Assembly: GCA_965178125.1 (NCBI GenBank)
Contig: OZ237760.1
Location: 682,001 to 746,000, forward strand
DNA: 64,000 nt
Source of the DNA: Bilabrum cf. latius
Lineage: Eukaryota
Reading direction: 5' to 3'
Positions 1 through 12,010 of this stretch are shown piece after piece (positions within the stretch are counted from its first letter, which is position 1; each line of letters opens with the position of its first letter). Under the pieces are notes generated by a model, which was given only the letters and a program-made list of their open reading frames with translations, ran no database searches and was not told the origin of the DNA. The position numbers were made by a program, and so were the translations under genes.

Positions 1-2805
1 CGCAGCTGCCGGTCGAGTCCACGCAAGGAGACCCGGCTGCGCCCACGACGACGAGGAGGACGCCAAGCCAGCGCCGGCCCGCCCGTGCCCATGCATGTGG
101 TCCATGAGGCCGTGGCGCTGCTTGGGCGACGGCTGCGCCCTTGCGCCCCGCCTGCCCTTATCAAGCGAAGCCGCGGCCGACGGCGCTCCGTCGCTGCCAG
201 ATGCAACTGATCCAAAGGCTGGGGGATGGGAGTGCAGCTCACCGTTCAGCTCCCGGGAGAGCCCTTGAGGCTCCGGCGAGCCCCCGCCGCTCGCCATCAC
301 GGCCCCTCCTTGCCCCTCGCTACCCATCTCCAGGTCCTCCACGACGATCCAATCGGCCCCTTCTGGCACCTCGTCATCCAGAGTGGCCACAGGGGAGGAC
401 GCCAGCTCCAGCATGAGCCCACTCGATGCGGCGTGGAGAGTGTTGGGGCGCCGTGGTTCCGTGGCAGCGGCGCCGGTCCCGATGAGTGGGGGTCGGTGAC
501 CGGCGCGGTGGCCCGGAGTGTGGGTTCCGTGGTGGTGATCGTTGAAGTCCCCCGCGCCTGCCCTCTCCAGCAGCAGCTGTCTCGGCGAGAACGGGGGCAC
601 GCCTGCGATACGGGCGCAGAGGTCCAGCTGCTGCCACACCTGGGCTCCAAAGTGCTGCTAGCACAGCCTGCTGTCCGCACCGGGCCCGTTGTCCAGCCCC
701 TTGCTCCTCGGAGGCGACCTCAGTCCCAGCCCGCTGAGATGTCTTTGCTCCTCACGGTACTCTGTGAGGAGGGTCCCCATAGCCGTGCGGGCCGCTTGCA
801 CGCACTCAACCGCGGTCTGCTGCAGGTGCATTCGGTTCACCTCAGACATGCCCTTTCGCTTGAGACCCTGCTGCAGCGAGTACGCAGCTCGCACCGCCGA
901 GTCTTGCGCCACCCTGCTGGCCATGAGCACCTGTTTGTCCACCCTCTCGAGCACCCTGTCCTCTAGAGCCAGTCCTGCGACTGACAGCGGAGCGCCGACA
1001 CCGGTAGACGAGAATGCCTGCCCGCCCATGGGCAGCTGCAGTCGGATACTGCCGGTGCTCGACCCATTTGGTGCGCGATACTGCCCCCCTTTCGCGCTGG
1101 ACGAGGTGCTGGTTGGCAGGGAAGCAGCCGTGGAGGCAGTCGTAAGGCCTCCGGTGGTGACTGCATTGGCGCGACCCACGTTGATCCGCAGCGCTGGCAC
1201 TTTGGAACGACCTGCGCCCGAAGAAGCAGCAGCAGCAGCAGCAGCAGCGACGGCTGGGGGGCGGCCTCCTCTCCCCGACTTCCCGGATTTGCCAGTCTTC
1301 CCGGCCTTACCGACGACTGCCCCCCCCTTGCCCTTGCCCTTGACGGTGCTCCAAGCAGAGCCTCCCCTGCCTCCCTGCTTGCGCCTGCTGCCGATCCCGG
1401 CGCTGCTGCGGCCGCTCCTGCGGGCGGCCAACCCAGCCGCAGCCGGTGGCGCGCCTGCTCCTGTGCCGTTCCACACGCCCGTACTTGCCCTCCCAGCGCG
1501 AGTTGGCAGTGACGGGGCCGCGGGACCTGCCCCTGAAACCAGCATAACTCCTGCCCCCGCAGCCGCACTCGCACCGACCACTGTTGTCGCGCTGGCTGCA
1601 GCCCTCTACTCCGCCGATGCCGCCATGAGTTCGCCGATTTCAGGGACGTCGCCGTGCGCTGACCCCGCGCTGGCCGACCTGTGGTTGTACCCGGTTCCAT
1701 TCCTTGCGCCTCCACCGCCCCTACCTCCTCCTGACGGTGACAGCCGCAGCACGCCAGTACCCAGTGGCGGACCCCTGGTGAGCGGCCTGCCCTCCACCAT
1801 CTCGATCAGCTCGTCAGTGCCCGTGTCTACTTGCCCTCGGCCCCTGCATTCTGCCGCGCGCTTGTGCAGCTTCTGGATGTACTTTTGCGCGTGCGTGCGG
1901 ATCTGCACGACGGACCTGGTTGGTACCAGGCCCTAGATCTGCTTCCAGTCCTTCCCGTAGGTTCGCAGGCCCTCCACGAACGTATCGTGCTCCACATCAC
2001 CCCATCGCCCCGTGGCCGAGCCACCCCCGTGTGACGACGACGACGACGACGAGGAAGCGCCCGATTTCCCCCGGTGCCGCCCGCCCCCGCGGCCCCGTGA
2101 CCTTCCGCTGCCGCTGCGCCGACCCCCCGCATCCCCGGAACTTCCACCGCGACCGTCCATCCCTTCCCTTTCTTCCTCGTCGCCCTCGTCCTGCAGCAGG
2201 CTCGGGGGCACTCGAGTGGTGGCGCGCGAGGAGCGGCGGGGGGGCGCGCTGTGGCTGCCGGCTGGGTGTGACGAGTGTAATGGGCCGCTCTGCATGCCAC
2301 CGGGTGCAGTGGCACCAATGGGCGGGTGGGGGTGGCCAGCGGAACCGGCGCCGCGCGGCAGGGACAGGACGAGCTTGGGGGCGGCGCCTGGCTGGAGCGC
2401 ATGCGCTGGGACGGGAGGCACCTGCGACAGGCCGTGCCAGCTGGATGTAGTGCCGCCATTGCTACTCCTTGTGCTGGTGCTTGAGCTGCTGCTCGTGCTG
2501 GTTCCAGGCGTGGTAGCTGCTGGAGCGACCGAATGCACGTCTGGCTCGACAGGAGTGCTCAGATTCGAGGCGCTTCCTTTCGGGCTGGTTTTTCCGCTCG
2601 AATTTTCCGGTGAGAGTGTGCCAACCGAACCGGCCATTGTGTCGCTTTCAGCAATTGCTTTGCGCTAGTCGGCGGGTTTGCCGGAGCTCCCATGTTGCTA
2701 TCTGCCCTGCAGCACATGCTAGACTGGCTGAATCCGCCCGGCTGGCACGGACGGCATTGCATGGCCATTGTTTGGAATCATGCCAGTCCACTCCATATTG
2801 TCCAT
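1..2805 (-). CDS. Myb-related (SHAQKYF-class) transcription factor; 3' end runs off the window
   Basis: One frame joins ORFs 2719..2931, 1933..2637, 1606..1908 and 658..1581 through TAGs at 2719, 2698, 2666, 1933, 1606 and 658, and stays open to base 1. The Myb domain reads GRWGDVEHDTFVEGLRTYGKDWKQI[TAG]GLVPTRSVVQIRTHAQKYIQKL. ATG 2805 is preceded by a CGCAG acceptor-like site, so small upstream exons (e.g. 2963..3006) are possible. Confidence 0.88.
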
Positions 2806-3791
2806 CCTGCGATGCGGGGTGAGAGCGATAATCGCACAGGGGTGGAGGTAGCAGAAGTTTCCTTTTTGCGGCGGTTGCTGCCCTTTGTGAAGGAGCCCTC
2901 GCGCTCGAACGGCTCGAAAGAACAGAAGCAATTCGTGCTAAATCCATGTTTATCGAGCTCACCAGACTCCTTGGACGCTTAGCAGGTCGCAGGTGCGTGT
3001 ACGAACCTGCGAAATGGGGGAGGAAGTAATCACGTCAACAGGTACTACATAGGGCACAGCGTTGCAAGTCCAGTTTAAAATACTCTGCAAACCATTTTCA
3101 AGCCAGGCGTTATGGAACATCGACGCACTACTAGTGGTCTTGGATGCCTTCAGGTATTCCCAGCAGGTAGCAAGCCAGAGCATCACAATGCAGAGCTTCC
3201 ATTCGAGGATGCTGACATTCACAGAGACGAGTGTTAACGAATCGTCAACGACACGATGCAACGCCGTTGCAGCCTAGAAGGAGCGCCCATCTAGAAAAAG
3301 AGCGACTTCACAGTGAGTCCTACCGAACACACTGCCAGAGCACGGGGCCATATACCAGCTTTTCAAGCATAAGAATGCGGCGGCAGTTATTTATAAGTGT
3401 ACTTCACCCCAATCATACCGATTAAAGCGGCACTTCAGGAGGAAATGGCGCTATGTTGCAAGGTAACGCCAGTAGTAGGACCTGCTGCTCACCTTCCACT
3501 GCCTTGAACACAGAAAATTCAACAAAAGAGCCACTGCGTGTGGTCAACGATATCAGCTGCCCGTTCTATTCTAGAAGCCCACGATATACACGATAGAAGC
3601 GATGTATATCTGGTACGCAGCAGAATACTCGAATGACCCGGGCCTTCGCAACTTGCGACCAAACCTGCGACTGATCCGATCACAATCAGTTACAACCGCT
3701 AGCGTATCCGTTGTTCGAACAGCAGCTACAGGTCCAAATTAGTCCATCAATCGCTACAACTTATTTTTTGTCGTAAAGTGTCAATGAACGT

Positions 3792-6700
3792 ATGGACAGG
3801 AGTAAGTCTAGACGAATAAAACGCAGGAAGGAACTCAGAAACCTGTTGAAGAGTGGCGTAGCTGGTGGATGGGAGCAAGATGAAGGAATTGTTGCGCTAG
3901 TTGAGCAGTTTCGAAGGTCAAAAAGAGGGAGGCACATATACCAGGCACCAAATCTGGATCACCCGGCGTTTCGTGATTGGTCGAGGACGGTATCGAGCGG
4001 GCGAGCAGGGTCTGCTCTGCAAATGAATGTAGGTTAGCCAGTAGAAGAGGCCAAGAAACCAAGTAAATTGCATGCTACAGAATCAAAACGGTCGCAAGCT
4101 ACTGGGAGCTAGCACGAGTCCCGAAGCGCTGTCGCTGATTCGGTCTGGAATCGTCTCTCTCAGGCTGACCCCAGAAAGCAATCAGACCTTGCGAAAGGTC
4201 GAGCAGCTCTCATGCGAGTCACGGCCCCGAAGCCTCCTTCCCGATCCGCTAGACGACGGGTGGGTCGGATTCACAAGGGCAGGTATCGGCGATCGAAGAA
4301 GCGAGGAAGTTACAAACAGTCCGCTGCGAACCCTTCCGTGGACGGGGACGGGATCATCGACCTGCCCGGTGTGACGATTGCGGAGCTGCGGAGGAGGGCC
4401 GCCCTGGCGCTGCCCATCCCGTACGAGCAGCGCCTGCGGGAGAGGCTCAGGATCTCTGGGTTTCTAGAGGGAGACAGGCACATGAAGTGGAGCACCAGCC
4501 ACAACGGCGGCGAGGAGGAGGTGGAGGGGGAAGGCCTCGGGGGCGCGGGCCCAGGCCAGGGAGTGAGGCTGAAGGGGGTGTCCTATGATAGCGTGGGTAG
4601 TAACGGGAGCGGGATAGGATGGGTCTCTTCCTCATCCGCATCCCGCGGCCGTGGCGGCAACGAACGTTCGTCGAGCGCGGCGGCGTGGAGCCAGGCCGCA
4701 GACAGCGAGGGCGTGGTGTGGCTGGCCAGGCAGGGATCCAGGCCCCAAATATCGATCTCCGGAGGTGGAAAAGAAGACTCGCGCAGGGTAGGCCGGCGGA
4801 CTGGGGGTTTGCGCGGTGCCGGTAAGAGCGGAACAGCCTTCCGGTTGGACGCGCACAGCTGGGTGCGGCAGACAGACCAGATTGGCAGGGCAGGCTCGGA
4901 CTCACCCTCGCCAGATGCATCACACGGCGGTGCAGGTGCTATTTCCAGCCTGGGTGCATTCCCGAGCGAGACGATCCGATCTGTGCGGCCGGGACTGGAG
5001 CTGCTACGGGAGGACGACGAGGTGCGGCGGCGCCGGCTTGGGCTGGACTGGGGCGAGCGCCGCCGTGCAATGCACCTGGGGCGGCGGGACGGCTCTATGT
5101 CCCACCATATCCGGGGAGGTCACAAACCGGCCCTGCCTCCGCGAGTGGCGGGGATGAAGGCGGCGCTGGCGAGGCTGGCTGCAGCCTCGTAGAAGCGGCC
5201 CGGACCGGCGATCGAGGCGGCGCGCCGCCGGTGGCTCGCCTGGAGCAGAAAGGAGAGAAGGAGGAAAAGGCAGGCGGCCAAAGGCAAGCAGTGGGTGCAG
5301 ATCAACCGGCGGGCCGTGCGCGCCGCCAGTGATAGGCTCTCTGCCTGGAGACGACACAGCCTCGCGCTTGGGGGGCAGCTGGACCGCCGCGGGCTGCAGT
5401 CTCTGGGACTGTGGGCAGGCGACAGTGCCGTGGGTCAGAACGGTGGGGGCCATGCTGTCCATGACTATTCCAGCAGCTTGGTGCCCGGCGGTACCTGGGA
5501 CCCTACGACTGCACGCGGGGCGGCAGATCCCGTGGACCTGCGGCCGTTCTCTAGGCCCAGCACAGCGCCCTCCCCCTCCTCGTCCCCTTCCCCCATGCTT
5601 GGATGGGGAGAGGGAAGGGGAAGGGGAAGGGGAAGGGGAAGGGGCGCCGATGACGGTGCGGAGAAGGGCGGAGGTGGTACCGTGTAGTGGGCAGGGAGCA
5701 GCCTGGTCGGGTCAGACTGGGAGCAGGAGGAGGATCTGAGGCCCTTCTCGGACGGTGACGAGCCTTTGGGTGCGTCTGGCAGAGCCAGGCGGCGGCGGCT
5801 AGGCAGCGGCGCATCGTCAGCAGAGGAGGAAGAACAAGTGGAAGGTTAGCGCGGTAGGCTGGAGACCGGGGGGCTTGGCGGTGAGATGGGGCTGGTGTCG
5901 ATACGAGACGACGACGATGTTATCCTGTCCGGTTCCGAGGCAGCTGCAGGGGGCGAAGACCGTCACGGTGAAGCCGCAGCCACCGCTGGCCTTGATGCAG
6001 CTGGTAGCAAGCCCTCAGTCACATTTTCAATCGATGCAAACAACGTATCGAGCAAGCCGCAGGGCAGAAGCCGAAGCGGTGGACAATTCAGGCGAGGCGC
6101 AGGGGCGGCCCACGTGCCGTCAGTGTCGTCAATGTAGGTAGGGAGCGAGCGTGGGCCGCCCGGACAATTTCTGAACGGGGCTGATAGCGTGGCAAGCAGG
6201 AAAACCACTGATTTGGGTGCGATTCCCATCACTCCGATGGACAAAGTGCAAGCGGCACAGGCGCGCCTCCGGAGGGTGGCTCCAGTGCGGGAGAGGGCAG
6301 CGGCCATCCAGAGGGAGAGGATGAAGTCTCGGATCGAGCAGGCCAAGTGGACCATGGGCAGGGGTAGGCGCAATGCGGAGCGACGCGCAGAGCAGGAGTA
6401 TCGCATGTAGCGGCAGCGCGCCTGGATCAAGCTCGTGACCGTGCTCACCTTCCTTCGCCACACGGCCCAAGCCGCCGAGCCGGCCCTTGCGGAGGCTCGG
6501 ACGCTTCGCATCATGGAAAAGTACGTGTTCTTGATCCAGCGGACGGTGCGCAAGTACGCTCGCAGGATGAAGCAGAAGCTGCAGAAGGGAGCGTGGGTAC
6601 GGCAGAGGCAGCAAGCGGCACATCTCATCGCGAGATTCCTCAAAGACCACAGCGGCTTGCAGCAGGGGCTGGCGCGGTACGTGACTCTGTTCCGAGGGAA

Positions 6701-9700
6701 GGTTCTTCACGTGCAGAAACTCTTCCGGGGATACATGCAAGTGACAGAGGGCAGGATGAGGGCCCTCGCAGTGACCTTCGATGCCATGGTAGCCGAGAGG
6801 TTCTCCCTTCAGGTAGAGACCGCCAGCAACTAGTACAAAGCCCTATTGCACCAATACCAGAGGACAACGCTTGGAGATGCGCTGCGACGCTCCCAAAATG
6901 ACCGAAAACACCGGCTGCAGCTCATGCGGGCAGGTAGGCTTGGATGGAGGGGCATACTGCTGACCGCGGCTGAGCGCCTGTACGGCGGCGAAAAGTCTGC
7001 CAAGCAGAAGATGCAGGCCGCGGCAGCTTCCGCGCTTGCCATGCGGAGGCGTGCCGAGGCCGTGGACGAGCAGGAGCACGAGCGGGAGAAGGAAGTGCAG
7101 GATGCGTACAGGGCCACCAGGGTGCAGCACGCCGCTCTCCTCTCGCCAGGGGTGTCAGAAGAGACTGGGTCGCATGCAAGCACTGCAGTGGACTAGCTCC
7201 TTGGCGGGGGCAGCGCGCAGCGTGGCGGATTCTCAGGTGCTGGCGATGCGGTGGCATTGAAAGGCCGCCAAACCATGGACATGGGTCGCTTGATGCAAAC
7301 TGCAGCGGCGCAAGCCGGCCTGCATCACGTTGCGTTTGGCTTCGCGGGCGGCGGGCACGACGGGGAGGTGGAGCAGGCAAAGCTGCGAGACAGGGCCGCT
7401 CTGGATGCTCTCTCGATGCAGTTTTCGGATGCACAGAGGCTTGTACTGAAAGACAGGACCCATCGGCCGGCAGGGGGCCTCGTGTCACAGCTAGCGGACT
7501 CGTTTGCGACCACACCAGATGGATCGGTCTCGGTGAAGGCTGGCACGGTCGATGCAGAGCGAGCGCAGCTGCTCAAGCTCTTGATATCCAATAGGAAGAA
7601 GTATGGCATCACCGGGAGGCAGCTAAGCGCTCTGCAGGCCGAAATTGCTGGGGGCATGACCGGGAGACGAAGGGCCCCAACAGGCGGAGGCAGCGTCGGC
7701 CACCCCGGTGAGGCAGTGCCGCCTCCGGGCAGCCCACCCACCACACCACCTCGCCGTAAGGGTCTGGGTAAGGGGCCTAGGAGAGTGTCCATGCTAGGCT
7801 CTGGCGGCGCACTGGATGCAATGGTCAAGAGAAGGAACACCGCAGGCAGCAGTAGGGCGGCAGGCGATGGTGAGGCCGGTGGGCTGCACAGCGACAACTC
7901 GTCGAAGCCAGAGCCGCCTCGGCGGCCGATGCCCCCACCAAGGCGCCCAGGCGGAGGGCTGATCCTACCACCACTCGTCACGGAGAATCCGAACGAAACT
8001 GCATCTTCAGAGGCCAGCTCCATGCCGATTAGCGCCAGGACTGGACTCGGCTCCTCTCCGCCGCCTGCAACTGACCTACCGAAAGACGGCACTAGGACCT
8101 TCCAACTGAGCTCCAATGTCAACTCAATGAGTTGGAAACTTGGAGGAGCAGCACAAGGGCATATCGGCAGGGATGCTGTCCCCACGCCACGTATGAAGCA
8201 TCCGGCGACTGCTCGAGCAGCTCCTATCGGCGGCGGCAGCCTGCTGGGCACAAAGTCGCCACCTCGTCCCCACGCGCCGCTGTCGGCGCGCAGGAGACAG
8301 CCAGGAAGCAGGATTCCAGCCGACTTTGGACGAATTGGGCCGAAGCGCAGGCGAAGAAGCAGCAGCACGCGCGGCCGCTCCACCGCTCGGAGCTCTGCGG
8401 GGGGTTAGCAGGTGTTCTGGGGGGCATCGGGTGCTGCAGGCAGCGCAACGTTTCGGTCGGGCTCCAGATCCCCTGGCTCTGAGGCCGGGTCCGAGGACTC
8501 GAACTTTTCCGCGAAGTTTCGCGGAAGGTTCTTGGGCACGCCGCGGGGTGGTGGCCGACGAGGAGTCGCATCGGCCCAGGTGGGGAGGCCAAGGCCTGGG
8601 GCAAGCCCGAGGGAGAGGCGCCGACGAGGCTCTGCGCAGCACAGCAGCCCGAGAGACGGGAGTCCCAGCGGCGGTCTGCTGGGGTAGCTCGGCGGCGGGA
8701 TTGCGGTGAGATCGAGGAGTAGATCCAGGTCGCCCCTTGGCAAGGGGGCTGCCATGGCGGGAGGGAGGAAGATCGCAAGGCCCAGACGAAACTCTGCCTC
8801 CTCTTTGAGCGGCAGATCAGCACGAAGCAGCAGCGGTGGTGATCGTACCATCGGCAGCGAATTGCCATCTCTGGGCCTGGAATCGATGCTGCAGTCCCAG
8901 CGGAAGATCGAGCGCCGGAAATTCCTGAGAAAGCGGGAGGGCCCAATCAGCCGAGCTGGGCTGGACTCCGACAGGCGAGAGAGCCGCGTGATCCGCGCGC
9001 TGGAACAGGGCAATGCAGACGACATCAGCACAGCGCTCACCGGTCTGCAATCGAGAGACACCACCGATGGGAGTGTGGATGAAGCCGGTACAGCAGGCCC
9101 AGGCAATGACGTGGATCTGACGGAACAGCTGGGCGAGGCGCCCACTGCTGCCGTGAGCGAAGACGGTGACGGGGTGCTCTTCGGTGACGGCGATGACGTG
9201 CACGGCGACAGCCTGCCAGTGCGCTCCACTACCGCTGCAAGATCGAGACCAAGGCCGCCCACGACCATCCGCAGAGTCGGCAGCGCATCGATTCCGCGGA
9301 CTACGCGGGCGTCCGATGTCAATGGGGCTGATGGCTTATACGATAGACACGTTATTGGGTCAGCGCGGTCACCGCTCCATGCCAGGCTTGGGTCGCAAGG
9401 CAGAGGTCGCGCGGGTGCTGGTGCTGGTGCTGGTGCTGGTGCTGGTGCTGGTGCTGGTGCTGGTGCTGGTGCTGGTGCTGGTGCTGGTGCTGGTGCTGGT
9501 GCTGGTGCTGGTGCTGGTGCTGGTGCTGGTGCTGGTGCTGGTGCTGGTGCTGGTGCTGGTGGTGCAGGGACCGCGGACCGCACCGCGGGCCGATCGCTTT
9601 TTATGCAGACCCAGGCCACGCCGCTGAGGAGGATCGGATCAAGGATTGCGGCGCGCACGGCTGACGTGGTGGGCGGCAGGTCGCGGCTGGAGGCGTTTGC

Positions 9701-11876
9701 CAGCGTAGTCGAGGGAGCTGAAGTGAGCGCCGGCTCTGCTGGTCAGGAGGCGGCCGCTGAGGCAGATCGTGCCCCGGCTGTTACGCCCTTTCAGCACTAC
9801 TTGGGTGGTGTAGGAGAGCGAATTGGCATGTCGGAGCAGGGTCGCAGGGCTTACGCGCGCCCGCACCTGGGTGGCGCCGGTGCCGCGCCCAACTGGCACA
9901 AGCGGAAGCGGTCAAAGTCTGGGCCAGGCGATGAAAGCGGGCCTGCCGATGCGGGTGAGCGCAAAGGCGGGACTGGGGGCACTGCTAGCAGCCGCCCGGG
10001 TACGACACCCGGTGGGACTCTTCACCTGGTGAGCCCTCGAATGGCTTCGAGGCACGGGCCTAGGACTTCCCAGACCCGCATGATGACTTCGATCCGGCTG
10101 GATCTGTCAAAGGTAGCCAGAACACGAGCATCATCCGACGCTAGTTCGCGAGGCAGTGAAGCAGGGAAGAAAGCAGGTAACGCAACCGTTGGGAACAAGC
10201 CAGGAAGTATGGAAGGCAGAGCACCGTCTGACGCTTCCCAACCGAACGGCGCAACCGCTGCTCCAAAGGGCAATACCTAGGGCAGGGCCAAGCGCTCCCG
10301 CAGACCCTCCTTCCGACCTCTCTCTATCCCGTCCGGATCCGACTCGGCTGCTGCTCAATCCACGCCGATGGTGATTCGACCTGCCACAGCCCGTGGCGCC
10401 AAGCCGTCCCCTAGCATCAGCCGCAGCGGGAGCCCCGCAACAGGAGCCAGGTCATCGACCGCAGCGCATTCGACTGTCACAAGCTCTGCAAGCGGCGTTG
10501 CCTAGCAGCAGGAGCAACAGCAGCAGCAACAGCAAAAGGGGGACAACGAGCAGTAGGACAAGGAAGCAGTCAAGTAGAGTCGGCCTGTGCAGGCCACGGT
10601 GCCGAATCCTGGTGCTGGCGGCAGGCTGTCTCCTCGCGGGTCCTTTGGCAAGCATCCACTGCGGCTGGGACTTGGCGGTAAGGCAGCCGCAAAGCACTTC
10701 ATGGACACGCACGTGACCATGTGGCAGAGGAAGGAGCTGGCCGAGTCGGAGGCGATGCGGCACGCGGCGGTCGCGATCACGCACAAGCTATCGTCAGGTG
10801 GCGTTGAAAAGAAGCATGGCCGCAGGAGTGCCGGCGGGAGAAGGAGCAGAGGCGACAGGAGACCCTCCGATTCGAGCGTGTCCACGGTGGGGAGCAGCCG
10901 ACCAGGCAGCCGAATGCACGGGCAGAGACACGCGGCAGATGCAGGCGGTGAGGCCGGGTAGTCTCTCATGTCCTTAGAAGGAGCAGTTGGATTCAACGTG
11001 GACGTGGAGGAAACAGAACCAGGAAGAGAAAGAGGTGGAGGCCAAGTTAAGAACAGAGTTGGTGGAAGCAAGGCTTCATCCCCAGCACCGGCCCGCAAGT
11101 ACAACGGGCGTTCCAAAACGCGCACAGCCCGCAAACGCTCTTCTGGCTCGAGCAGTGCATCAGACGCTGATGATGCCTCGCCGCCTGCCCATTCCGAGCC
11201 GCCCCCAGCCGCCGCCAAGCTTGTGGACCGGCTGGGCACGGTGGCCACGACCGGTGCTCTGTCTGGAGAGGCGCCCACGGGACAGGCCCTTAGGGCTTCG
11301 ATTCAAGACATGGCGCGGCGGGCATCGCCCTCCTTCGAACCGCCGACGGGGCCATTCTAGGCCGAGGGCCGCGGGTTCAGATCCCGGAAGAAGGCAGGCC
11401 GAAGTAATCAAAACAAGACTTGGTCTGAACGATCCGGGATACTCGCGGAGCACATTCTGATGACCGCTGCCCGTCTGCCCCCCAACATGAGACCGGCAAT
11501 GCCCGATCCTGACTTGCGGCGGGCCATGCTGCGCGCGATGGTGTCTGCCATGCGGGTGAAATTCCGCGCGCGGGAGCTGCCGCACTGGCGCACTGGTGCG
11601 GCGGAGCGGTAGCTGGAGGCGATGCAGATCAGGCTAGAGGATGCCAGGCAGATGATGAAGATGAGGAGTGATGACGAAATGGCGCGCGCGGTAGCCGCTC
11701 GCTTTCTGTCGGCGCAGGCAGCCAGGACCCGACCCCCTGGGATGGTGATGGGGCTGAGAGACCGGGAGAAGCTGCACCGCTTCATGCTGCCCTTCCTTGA
11801 CAAGGCGTTCGAACAGGCGACTCTCTCAACGATGATCAAAGCGGCGGCGGGGAAGGGAGTGGAAGATCTGAGCTGA
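3792..11876 (+). CDS. Large (2694 aa) low-complexity protein with IQ-like calmodulin-binding motifs, function unknown
   Basis: Thirteen listed ORFs (3792, 4212, 5295, 5886, 6189, 6435, 6846, 7251, 8412, 8706, 10587, 10968, 11622) share one frame. They are separated only by TAG (18 counted) and end at TGA 11874-11876. IQ-like motifs LIQRTVRKYARR (~6531) and VQKLFRGYMQV (~6711) lie in a helical region. Confidence 0.8.
9414..9560 (+). repeat. (GGTGCT)n hexanucleotide microsatellite, ~24 perfect copies, encoding poly-(Gly-Ala)
   Basis: Directly visible perfect tandem repeat inside the 3792..11876 frame. Confidence 0.97.
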
Positions 11877-12010
11877 CTGCCGTTGATGCAGTGGCGTGCG
11901 CTTTTTTTCTTTTTTTCTTGCTTCATGTGTGCGACCGACCGTTGATTGACTGTTTTGCCTCTCCTTCTCGATCTCGGCAAGGCACTGTTCCTGTACTGCA
12001 GTGCTTCTCC

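Noticed and set aside
1933-1935. Tiny introns removing each TAG
   Set aside because: The Myb and ABC motifs are colinear through the TAG with correct spacing, and no GT donor lies suitably upstream. The real introns here are ~89-350 nt or longer with clear pyrimidine tracts.
2959-3790. Small independent genes between the Myb gene and the 3792 gene
   Set aside because: The ORFs are short with no motifs in lower-GC sequence. The region is better explained as a divergent promoter plus 5' introns or UTR.
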